A stretch of DNA of 62,367 bases, filler included, from Globobulimina sp. (taxonomy: Eukaryota): NCBI GenBank assembly GCA_003354225.1. It is 32 parts of 32 records of this genome, joined end to end, with 100 filler letters (N's around TTAATTAATTAA, not from the genome) between each part and the next. Parts side by side here need not be neighbours in the genome. Positions count along the whole stretch, not along the records: positions 1 to 1,853 come from PIVH01011209.1; positions 1,954 to 3,806 come from PIVH01011210.1; positions 3,907 to 5,759 come from PIVH01011211.1; positions 5,860 to 7,712 come from PIVH01011212.1; positions 7,813 to 9,665 come from PIVH01011213.1; positions 9,766 to 11,618 come from PIVH01011214.1; 26 more parts are not named here. One strand, given 5' to 3'. A program made the translations under genes and the position numbers. Numbering within the stretch: position 1 is the first letter of the stretch; the number at the start of each line of letters is the position of its first letter. The notes under the pieces are model-generated. The model was not told where the DNA came from. It made no database searches and saw only the letters and a program-made list of their open reading frames with translations. Shown piece after piece: positions 1 to 9,841 of the stretch.

Positions 1-309
1 AATAAAAGTAACAAACACCGACATCTATTACAATTTGCAAAGGAAAAGAGATGCTATTTTATCATACATTTTTGTATTGTGCTACAGTTAAAGACATTAT
101 GTCGTTTTGCGACTATTAAAGGGAAATAAGGAGTTTTCAAGATTTTCAAAATAAACTTGACACAAAACATATACTCACAGCTCTGACTATAGTCAGCAGA
201 AACACTTACCAATGTACATAGTAGTCTCCTCAGTTCAGCGGCAATTCCGCCAATCAAAATGAACAGATCAACACTAGAAACAATCAAAGAACAAATGTTA
301 AATAATCAT

Positions 310-1782
310 TTAGTTTGAGTGTTTGGTGCTGTCCGTGTTAATGGTACTGGTACATTCAACAACTGCATTACTAATGTTGTCAATCGATTGTTTCTGTTTC
401 ACTTTCATAGCGGTGTCTAAATATGAAATGGAAGAAATCCAAATTGTACCACCAATAACTATGCCTATTAAGGCGCAGTATTGGGATGAAATAAAAAATG
501 ATCTTTCATTGATTGCAGATACCAAAAATATATTGAATAAGGCACCAAAGACTTTGCCGAACTTAGCACCCAACATTTCCACTGCAATTTTAGCTTTATA
601 TTTTTCTTCATTATTTAGATATAAATACGCAATTTCTTTTGTTGGATCGCAGGTAGAATACTTCAATGACTTTTCGAATGTAAGAATTGCTGCACCAACA
701 AGCACCATAACAGCGCAGGCGGGCAACTGAGGGAGAAATTGCATCGATTGTTCATCCCAAATATGTTGCGGATTATTAATGCCATACAAATAAAAAACAA
801 GTGAACCAAACACTAATACCACTGGACACATCAAAGCAGTAATCTTCCAACCAACTATTCTCAACGCATTGTGACCTCCAAACATCATTGCAAAAAAAGT
901 AAGTACCGCAGTGAATGTAGTGACCAATGCACGATACTTAGTGTAGCCATTGGGACATCCACTGAAATAGAGATGCAATATATCTTTCCACGTATGCTCC
1001 ATGATAGAATTTAGCCAGTTATAACCACAAAGTATTCCAGCAACACTTAGTATATATTTATGCGAAAACGTAAATGATAATATTTGCCAAATTGAAAACT
1101 TTTCTTGCGTTTCTATCTTCGATATGTTCAGCAACTGTTTTTCCGAAATTCTAAACTTTGCTGATTTCATTAATTTAACGCGCACATAAAAGTACACGAT
1201 CATCATAACCAACATGATGGAGACACCAATAACGGTGACAAATTGATAGGACTCTGTGAATTGTTGAGCATCGCCAGACCCACTCGATGTATTCATTAGT
1301 GATGAGACTATGGTACCAGATATAATCGGGCCGGCTTGCGACAAAATGCCTATTGTCACATAATATCTTCTGGCCGCAGCTTTTGGTGTTATATCATTGA
1401 CAAAACCAAATACCAATATTGAGATACTAAGTGTTCCCCAAATGTCTGCTGCTGCGAATTGTAACGTGTTTATTGGGTAAAATAAGGCGCCGCATAATGG
1501 GATAACAATACGGATGGAAGTCTCCGAGGAACAATGTTCATGAATATACTGGTTGGCTCTGGCAAAGTATTTATGTAAAGCTGCACGATTAGGATGCAAA
1601 CAAAATGCATGAATCAAGAAGAATGATGTAAACGTAATAGTGACTGATGCGAAAATAAAATCTTTTGATACTACAGTTGATAGCTTCATTAATATCATTG
1701 TTATTAACAGCGATAAAGGCAGTACAAATAAGACATGCGCCCATTGCAATGGAATAGGTGTTTGGTCCCCTTCTGACATAAC
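310..1782 (-). CDS. TLC/NTT-family ATP/ADP (nucleotide) transporter, 5' partial
   Basis: Multi-pass protein with TLC motifs: VLPLSLLITMILMKLS, DIWGTLSISILVFGFVNDIT..AARRYY, MEHTWK, KSLKYSTCDPTKEIAY, KAKIAVEMLGAKFGK. Probable intron acceptor (CAG) just upstream of 1782. Confidence 0.88.
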   Translation of the reverse strand, partial: VMSEGDQTPIPLQWAHVLFVLPLSLLITMILMKLSTVVSKDFIFASVTITFTSFFLIHAFCLHPNRAALHKYFARANQYIHEHCSSETSIRIVIPLCGALFYPINTLQFAAADIWGTLSISILVFGFVNDITPKAAARRYYVTIGILSQAGPIISGTIVSSLMNTSSGSGDAQQFTESYQFVTVIGVSIMLVMMIVYFYVRVKLMKSAKFRISEKQLLNISKIETQEKFSIWQILSFTFSHKYILSVAGILCGYNWLNSIMEHTWKDILHLYFSGCPNGYTKYRALVTTFTAVLTFFAMMFGGHNALRIVGWKITALMCPVVLVFGSLVFYLYGINNPQHIWDEQSMQFLPQLPACAVMVLVGAAILTFEKSLKYSTCDPTKEIAYLYLNNEEKYKAKIAVEMLGAKFGKVFGALFNIFLVSAINERSFFISSQYCALIGIVIGGTIWISSISYLDTAMKVKQKQSIDNISNAVVECTSTINTDSTKHSN

Positions 1783-1853
1783 CTGTATGTTTGCGCATGC
1801 AATTTATTTACAATTGAAATCATTGAATGGGTTTCGCACAGCCAGCACAAGTA

Positions 1854-1953
1854 NNNNNNNNNNNNNNNNNNNNNNNNNNNNNNNNNNNNNNNNNNNNTTA
1901 ATTAATTAANNNNNNNNNNNNNNNNNNNNNNNNNNNNNNNNNNNNNNNNNNNN
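1854..1953. other. Artificial contig linker, first of 31 (others start at 3807, 5760, 7713, 9666, 11619, 13572, 15525, 17478, 19431, 21384, 23337, 25289, 27241, 29193, 31145, 33097, 35049, 37001, 38953, 40905, 42857, 44809, 46760, 48711, 50662, 52613, 54564, 56515, 58466, 60417)
   Basis: Identical 44N-TTAATTAATTAA-44N blocks (stops in all six frames) recur every ~1.95 kb. Contig lengths fall steadily from 1853 to 1851. Confidence 0.98.
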
Positions 1954-1955
1954 AA

Positions 1956-3806
1956 ACCTGTACTCCTGATAAATTTTATGACATATTATATCTTTGGTGG
2001 AATCAACAATTGCACCGTGCGAGTCTCAATAAATTGCAACCAAATCATTTAAATGTACTTAAAAATTATGTAAACAGTAACAACAAAAAACAACAACAAT
2101 CACAGCAACGCATTCAATCTCAAGATTGGAAATGTCCAATCTGTGGTGCCAATAACCACAAAACACACGTAATTTGTGATCAATGTTTCACAGATAAACA
2201 ACCACAAAATGAGCCAGAGGAAGAAAAAACAGACGAAAAAAACAACATGGATGATATCTCAAATTATTTAGGCTTTTTTCAACCTAAAAACGGTGTATGT
2301 GGGTTGGTAGCAGGTTTACACGCAATATTATTATATAAAATGTGGGACCAAGTTATCAATGAATCCATGCAACAAATGACAAATCAGCCCATTAAACCCG
2401 TATTTGATTATAAATATTTAATGGTTTCCACCATAACGCACGCATTAATCACCAGTGCCAATACAGCATCGCATTCATTGCAATATAACCCCAAAATTGC
2501 TCAACAAACCACACAAAAAAGCAAGCCATCAACCTGGATATGTAAACATTGCCAAACCAATAACAATTCAGCAAATATATTTTGTAAAACATGCTGGAAG
2601 GAACCAGGCACAGTGGACGATAATGATACGAATCAGCAAAAACAACAGACAAATAACAAAGATATGAAAACGATTGAGGCCTGTTCTAAAATTCAAATCA
2701 TAACAGACGGCGAGTTACCAATGCTTTGTGATAAAAATAACTTATTATTTTATAATGAGCAGTTATTTGGATTTAATATACATTGCATAGATTATGATAA
2801 GAATGACATTGAAAGCAGCACTGAGAGAGTGATGCGTTATTTATTGCATAACATTGACTTTGAAAAGAATTTCATTGATAAAGGCTCCTGTATTCGTATT
2901 TTGTTATCATTGATATTGACGCACGGTGTGGAACGATGTGAGTATGAATTATTACTACAAGAATATGAGGAGATTTATAGACAATTTCGCGACGAATCGC
3001 TGATTTTAGGACCATACGGCTTTTGTTCACAAAATTTAGTAAACTTAACCATGTTTGGACATGTAAAGCCAGTGATTGATTCGCCACAATATTTATCTTT
3101 TCCGTATGGTTTCTTAGGGCACGATGTGATTAATCCCGGCGCCACCGGCTTCACTCAGATTGGATACGGTTATGAATATCCAATGTATCCCATATGGGTG
3201 GTGCTATCCGGCACACATTATACCACATTGTTTGCGCTGCCGACACACATTCAGTCCTATAACAATCAGCATGTGTTGGATTGTTATCATTCGATGATTA
3301 AATGGATAAATGAGCACAATAAAACAGATAAAAAAAATAAAACGGAGAAAAAATATGAAGGTCACGATCAAGATCAAGTTCAAGATAATAAAGTGAAAGC
3401 TAAACCAGATGCAAACGCGAATAATATTAATAGTCAGAGCAGTAATAATAAAAATGGCTGCTCGCAGTTGGCGTTGCCAGCACCTGTAACGGAATGGATT
3501 TGTGTTTGTGGACATAAAAATGATAAGACACATGTAATCTGTGGTGGGTGCTTTATGGATAAAGGTGCTGCAGCGGGTGGAAATGATAAGAATACGAATA
3601 AGAATAATAATACAGGTTGGAAGTGTTTGAATTGCGGGACTAATAATGACGAGACACATGTTATTTGTGGTGGATGTTTCTGTGATAAAGATAAAGCAAT
3701 GGGTACTGGTGATAATAATGATAATGATAAAAAGGATGAGCATAAACATAGAGAAGACGAAAAGGAAGAGGATGCAGTCCATTTTGAGGTAGATTTATTA
3801 TGTTAT
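1956..3806 (+). CDS. MINDY-3/4 (FAM188)-type deubiquitinase with four RanBP2-like zinc fingers, partial at both ends
   Basis: Catalytic Q..NGVCG (cf. QxxGGPCG), GFCSQNLVNL and PIWVVLSGTHYTTLF. Four W-x-C-x(1-2)-C...N...C-xx-C fingers. The frame is open from the contig start. Confidence 0.85.
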
Positions 3807-4244
3807 NNNNNNNNNNNNNNNNNNNNNNNNNNNNNNNNNNNNNNNNNNNNTTAATTAATTAANNNNNNNNNNNNNNNNNNNNNNNNNNNNNNNNNNNNNN
3901 NNNNNNAAAAATTAGAAACATAATTATGAATTTCTTATTTAAATTAATTTTCAATGAGATTAAATTGAAAATTAAAACCTTGCCAAAAAAAAAAAAAAAA
4001 AAAAAAAACACAAAAAAAGCCTGAGGTGGAACGAAAAAAAAAACACACACAAACAAAAAAAAATACAAAAAGCTATGTTGAATAAATATAAATGCCACAC
4101 TCAAATAAAGTGGTCAAAAGAAACAAAGCAGAAAAATGCAAGGCACAGAAAGTCATTATCAACATAGGAAAAAACTTATAATTTTTTTTTAAATTTTATT
4201 TTATTTAATTTACATTTTTATTTTATTTACTTCTACGGATCATA

Positions 4245-5759
4245 TTATATAAGTTGTTGATCCTCATCAGCTGCCGTATCCGTCTCTGTTTCCGTAAGAT
4301 TTGTTCGAACATATCCACGAGCCTTCATCCTTGGTTTAATCACTACAAAATACACAATCAACATAATACAAACAGCCACCGCAATACCAATAAAAACGCC
4401 AATCCATATACCCGATGAACCACCCTTCGCCTCCTCAACCTTCTCCTCATCCTTCTCAGTTGTAATTATAATTACCTCTTCCTTCTCAGTTGTAATTGTT
4501 TCTGTCGTAGTGGGGGTCACAGTGGTTGTCTCAATTACAACTTCAAAAATATCATAAGCTTCATCCACATTCAACGACTCATCATAATTAGTTCCCACTG
4601 CACACGACACCAACTCGCATACATCAACAATCATATTAAATATCGCAGTCTCTACACTGCGTCCTTCAAAAGCCACAAAAACAGTGTCCGTAGTTGCTTG
4701 TAAACGCCTTCTTAAATCTCCTTCATATTCACTGCAATTTGCGAGTGTTGGCGACAATACAATCTGTATAAGATACACATTTCGAAGTACATAACGTATA
4801 ACAGATTATATTCTGTACATTTTTGAAAATGGATTATATATAAATATGCAAAAAGAACCTGTTTGGACGGCTGCCCGCATGAAGTAAACATGACATCATT
4901 CACATAATAGGATGGATATTGACTACAATACGACACAAACACATATACGCATCCTTGCGTTGAATCGATGTTCAACACAGTATTGGCATTGACATCTCCC
5001 GACGTTTCAAATTGAAAATATTTGGTAAAGCCCTCTTCCGTCGAAACATCCGCTACGACATCACCAACATTTAATTGCGTCGGAACATAACAGGTCTGCG
5101 TCATTACACCATCTAAAATCGTGGATAACTGCGTGAAGCCATCAATAGTATAAATTTTATCAGTGGTGGTAATATACTCTAACTGTGCGAGATTATAACC
5201 AGCAATACCAATGGCGATAATATTTAAATTCAAACCATCCAATGTTGCTACACCAGCCACCACATCGTCAGCTGCGATTCCATCGGTTAATACAATTAAT
5301 AATCGCGGGATACCCACAGAAGCTGCGCGCATTCCGTTAGCTTCCGTAAATTGAGTAACACCGACCTGGATATATCAATATTGAATGAAAACTAAATTAA
5401 TAATATAAATATGAACCTGTTACCTGTGTCAAAGCAGCGCCTAAATATGTGCCTCCACCGTTAAAGATAATGGCTGAAATATGATCTGTATACTCAGCAG
5501 TGGTCGTATATGCATTTAAGAAAAACTCATCCACCAAATTACTAGAACTGGAAAATGTTGCCACACCAAATCTTGTTCCAATATTAATATCGGTTTGATC
5601 CAAACTGGACTCATCAAAGGAACCAACAAATTCAGCCATCCAATCCAAGGTTAAATCGAAATTGCCTGCAGTAACACTGCCGGACTCATCCACTAAAAAC
5701 ACACAGTCGATATTGGTCACACAGCCCAAGGATGCGGTCAATACATTTGCTTCAGATCG
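4245..5759 (-). CDS. vWA-domain type I membrane protein, 3 exons (introns 5366-5423 and 4764-4858), 5' partial
   Basis: MIDAS motif DESGSV, GGGTYLG and IPRLLIVLTDG. GT-AG introns join the three ORF-track pieces in frame. Thr-rich stalk and C-terminal TM helix. Confidence 0.85.
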
Positions 5760-5894
5760 NNNNNNNNNNNNNNNNNNNNNNNNNNNNNNNNNNNNNNNNN
5801 NNNTTAATTAATTAANNNNNNNNNNNNNNNNNNNNNNNNNNNNNNNNNNNNNNNNNNNNTAAAAACAGATTCTTACGATAAAGCAAAAATGCCT

Positions 5895-6225
5895 ATAGCA
5901 GTAAGACTAAAAGCGCAACATTGCGGCGCCACATCTGCGGCGGCGCACTTTTTCGTCTCATTTTTGTGGCGTCTCACTTTTTCTATTTTGTGGCGCCTCA
6001 CTTTTCCAATTTATGTGGTATCGCCACATTTTTTATGAAAATCTGCAGCGCCACATATTTAATGAAAAAGTGCGGCGCCAGATAAATTGGAAAAGTGCGA
6101 CGCCACATATTTAATGAAAAATTGCGACGCCACAAAAATTGGAAAAATGAGACGCCACATAAATTGAAAAAGTGCGACGCCACAGATGTGACGCCGCAAT
6201 GTTGCGCTTTTAGTCTTACTGCTAT
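5895..6225. mobile_element. Foldback/MITE-like non-autonomous DNA element
   Basis: ~60-bp terminal inverted repeats (ATAGCAGTAAGACTAAAAGCGCAACATTGCGGCG.. / ..CGCCGCAATGTTGCGCTTTTAGTCTTACTGCTAT) with 3 mismatches. About ten internal GCGRCGCCACA-like subrepeats in both orientations. Confidence 0.85.
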
Positions 6226-6480
6226 GTATCTATGATTGTCTCCGTAACCAAGAATACTAAAATAGCAAACAGACTAATCTAAACATCACGAACAACATAT
6301 TAAGAGCTTTGCTGCTCTACTCAATACTCATAGGGTACTCAAACTGAACCATGTTTTCAGCTTGGTTACATATTCTTGTTGCCGTAACCATAAAATATTA
6401 ACATCTTATTTATACGCTGCAAAATTGTGAAGTGGAAAACGTCTGAACTTGACTAATATGCTTCCGTAACTTGGGGTAAA

Positions 6481-7674
6481 ATGAGTGAGAGTGAAGACTA
6501 TGAAGAGGATGATGTGTATGTCATCGTTATTGACTTGGGTTCTCACACAATTCGAGTAGGATGGGCAGGAGAGGACAAACCAGAGGAGATGAGAACACTC
6601 ATTGGTCACAAAAAAAGCACATCATCAAAAACCAAAAATATTGATATTCCAGATGCCAATAATTATGATATTTCAGCACCCATTCGGTATTATAATAAAA
6701 TGAATACTGGTGCTTTGGTTGATGGCTATGTTCGGAGTTATTCCTGTAAAAAACACGGTGTTCCTCAAGGTGTTGCCAATATAATTCAGAAACATATGCC
6801 TTATGGAAGAACAGTAAATTGGAACGATACAGAAATATTATTAAAACATGCAATTTATAATAAATTAAAATGTCCGACCACATCGGATAGGGCCTTATTA
6901 TTAACAGAACCTGTAATTAATCCAAAAAACGATCGACTAAAAATAACAGAAATCGCATTTGAATCATTTAATGTGCCATCATTCTTCATGCAAAACACAG
7001 CGATATTATCAATGTATTCTTCTGGAAGATGTTATGATCGAATAATCATAGAATATGGGTATGAGACAGTTAACATTGTCCCAGTTTTAGGCGACGAGCG
7101 TTGTCCATTAAGAAATGATGTGGAAACATTGGAGTTTGGTGGAAAAGATCTTACTTTGAAGTTACTGGAATTATTAAAAGAAAAAAACATTCCTCAATCT
7201 GTTGTAGGAAATGACTTTATTAATTCGTGTAAATCCAACAACATTCCAAATTCATTCAAGTTGCCAGATGGAAATGTCATAAATCTGAGTGATGTCAAAC
7301 CTTTATTTAAACAATTTGCCATCAACAAAGAACAGCAAATTGCAGAAACTGTGAGAAATGTTATAAATAAATACTCAGATAATAAAGATTTGTATTATAA
7401 TTTATGGGGATGTTTCAGGGCAAATATGCTTTTATTTGGAGGAGGTTCAATGGTCAATGGAATTGGTGACAGATTGGTAGAATATCTAAAACCGTTTCGT
7501 CCCACTATTGGTAGAAATTATAGATCTTGTCTCAGTTGTCCTCCTGAGAGGCAGTATAGTGCATGGATTGGAGCATCGATTGTTGGATCACTCTCGACTT
7601 TCTATGATCAGTGTATAACAAAATCGGAGTATGATGAGTGTGGTCCTGTCATTGTGATTCGACAATGTTTTTAG
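6481..7674 (+). CDS. Divergent actin / actin-related protein
   Basis: VIDLGSHTIRVGWAGED.P, LLLTEPVINP, FESFNVP, LPDG, GGGSM, PPERQYSAWIGASIVGSLSTF, EYDECGP...RQCF. Confidence 0.93.
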   Translation: MSESEDYEEDDVYVIVIDLGSHTIRVGWAGEDKPEEMRTLIGHKKSTSSKTKNIDIPDANNYDISAPIRYYNKMNTGALVDGYVRSYSCKKHGVPQGVANIIQKHMPYGRTVNWNDTEILLKHAIYNKLKCPTTSDRALLLTEPVINPKNDRLKITEIAFESFNVPSFFMQNTAILSMYSSGRCYDRIIIEYGYETVNIVPVLGDERCPLRNDVETLEFGGKDLTLKLLELLKEKNIPQSVVGNDFINSCKSNNIPNSFKLPDGNVINLSDVKPLFKQFAINKEQQIAETVRNVINKYSDNKDLYYNLWGCFRANMLLFGGGSMVNGIGDRLVEYLKPFRPTIGRNYRSCLSCPPERQYSAWIGASIVGSLSTFYDQCITKSEYDECGPVIVIRQCF

Positions 7675-7820
7675 TAGTATACCAACCACCTTTGGTATTC
7701 CGTTAATTAATTNNNNNNNNNNNNNNNNNNNNNNNNNNNNNNNNNNNNNNNNNNNNTTAATTAATTAANNNNNNNNNNNNNNNNNNNNNNNNNNNNNNNN
7801 NNNNNNNNNNNNCATATCGA

Positions 7821-8999
7821 ATGTTAACATATACAGTGTTTGTGTCTGGCTATGTCACTGTAATTCATTTATTAGCCTCAAAATATTATAATCGCATTCC
7901 TTGCAATATTTTCATATTTACTTGTTTTGTCTTGTCCTCATTGTCAGCATTCTTATTATATTACTTTTACGAATATAAATTCATCATATTTCTGTCTCGC
8001 CCATTATTAACTTTTTCCATTTTTGGATTGTGGAACTTTGTGCTTTCGATGATTGCCAACTTTGTTCCCATCGATAAGCAAAATAAGAGAAATATGCGCA
8101 AACAAAGTGTTTATATGACATTATGGAACTCATCGTATCCAATTTCTACTTTTTGTTTGGTTGTCACCGGTGTGATCATCCACAATTTGTCCTATTTCGA
8201 CTATTTATTATATTCCGCCATCATAGCTATGTCCATTGGGACTGTTTCTTTATTCATACTGCCATCGGATAGCATCTATTCATTGTGCGCAGAAAATAAA
8301 ACTGCGATCGAGAAGCAATTAAAACAATCACTGTTTGCCAATCTGTTGGAGCTTTGTTCCAATAATAAGATATTTATTTGCATGATGTGCTGTGCTGTGA
8401 TGGATGCCATGTTATTATCGATGATGAATTTGTTGTGTGGCCCCTATTTGAAAGATTATTACATTCTAAATGCACAACAATTGGGTATTTACGTGACAGT
8501 CAGCATTGGCAGTGCCGAATTAGTGCCATCTCTCATTATCATCCCGTATGTCGCCACAAGTTCGAGGTTCCATTTGTTGATTGTTGTTGGTGCGCTCATC
8601 GAGTTCATTGCTATTATGGTTTGGAATATGTTTCATATTTCTGCTGCGACGCCGCCGTTTGTTGCTTCGTTGCTGCTTATTTCTTTCGTGTATTTTGGAC
8701 ATGAAACATTATTTTGTGGCATCATGTTTAAAAACCAGCAAATTGCGCATAAGTCGCAACAGGTGATTTTGGTCGCATTGTGGAGTATTATTACAACAAT
8801 AACTGGCTCCATCGGCAATATTATGGTTGGACAGTTTTATTCGAACTACAAACAAACACAAAACCACTCAAATAATAATGGACTCACCATATTGTTGATA
8901 TTATTGGCATTGGTGAGTGCTTCTTCGCTTTGTGCTGCTCTCACAATGTCTTATTTTCAATATAGGAAAAAAAATAACTGCTCATCAACAAACGGGTGA
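7821..8999 (+). CDS. Multi-pass membrane protein, MFS-like, probably 5' partial
   Basis: About 10 hydrophobic segments in two bundles separated by a central hydrophilic loop. Confidence 0.6.
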   Translation: MLTYTVFVSGYVTVIHLLASKYYNRIPCNIFIFTCFVLSSLSAFLLYYFYEYKFIIFLSRPLLTFSIFGLWNFVLSMIANFVPIDKQNKRNMRKQSVYMTLWNSSYPISTFCLVVTGVIIHNLSYFDYLLYSAIIAMSIGTVSLFILPSDSIYSLCAENKTAIEKQLKQSLFANLLELCSNNKIFICMMCCAVMDAMLLSMMNLLCGPYLKDYYILNAQQLGIYVTVSIGSAELVPSLIIIPYVATSSRFHLLIVVGALIEFIAIMVWNMFHISAATPPFVASLLLISFVYFGHETLFCGIMFKNQQIAHKSQQVILVALWSIITTITGSIGNIMVGQFYSNYKQTQNHSNNNGLTILLILLALVSASSLCAALTMSYFQYRKKNNCSSTNG

Positions 9000-9841
9000 G
9001 GGATTAAAGATATATTCCAAAAATTAACCTCCTCCATCTGTAATCTGTCCTGACTTTGTTCTGTATTTGCAAACACAAAACAATTTAAGCGGAGAAAACA
9101 AACTCGAAATGAAAAACACTGGACTTCTTGATCAATGCGTTGACATTATCCCAAAGGACACTGTTACCAAATGTTATCCTTGTTTTTTATGAAATGAACT
9201 GAATAAAAGTAATGCATTTGTTTATTGCATTTATACCATTTCTGAGTTAATAACGCATCAAAAAACCACATATTACGATTAAAATCAAGCGTTTGATATT
9301 GCATTATCATTTAATACCATTCGGTAATGCGCGTAATAGCTACACGATACCAAATGCAACAAATAATTGACACAGTTATGCAATCCATTGAATCCAAGCA
9401 TAGGGCCTGTCAAAGCAGCATGAGATATATAGCAAAGGCTTCAGGTTTGATTGCTGTTTATAATATTAATACACTACGTCGTAGCTCCCAATTTATATTG
9501 GAACAACCCCATAATATCACGTTCAACGTGATCGCCCTGGTCTGGACGCGTGGGGTAATCACATTTGATACGTACAATCCTTATAATTATGATATTATTA
9601 AAAAGATACAACACGTAACACTCGTTCTCATCATATTTAATCTAAACTCAACACTTTAATTTGTANNNNNNNNNNNNNNNNNNNNNNNNNNNNNNNNNNN
9701 NNNNNNNNNTTAATTAATTAANNNNNNNNNNNNNNNNNNNNNNNNNNNNNNNNNNNNNNNNNNNNCTGAAAACTGTTAAAATGTTAACTTTTTAATGACA
9801 GCTTGCGGTTTTACTTTCAAACGTTTTATTATTCGAATGAG

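Noticed and set aside
5940-6190. CRISPR-like short repeats
   Set aside because: Units are degenerate, face both directions, have short similar gaps and lie inside TIRs.
9327-9659. 110-aa ORF
   Set aside because: No motif or compositional support for a call.
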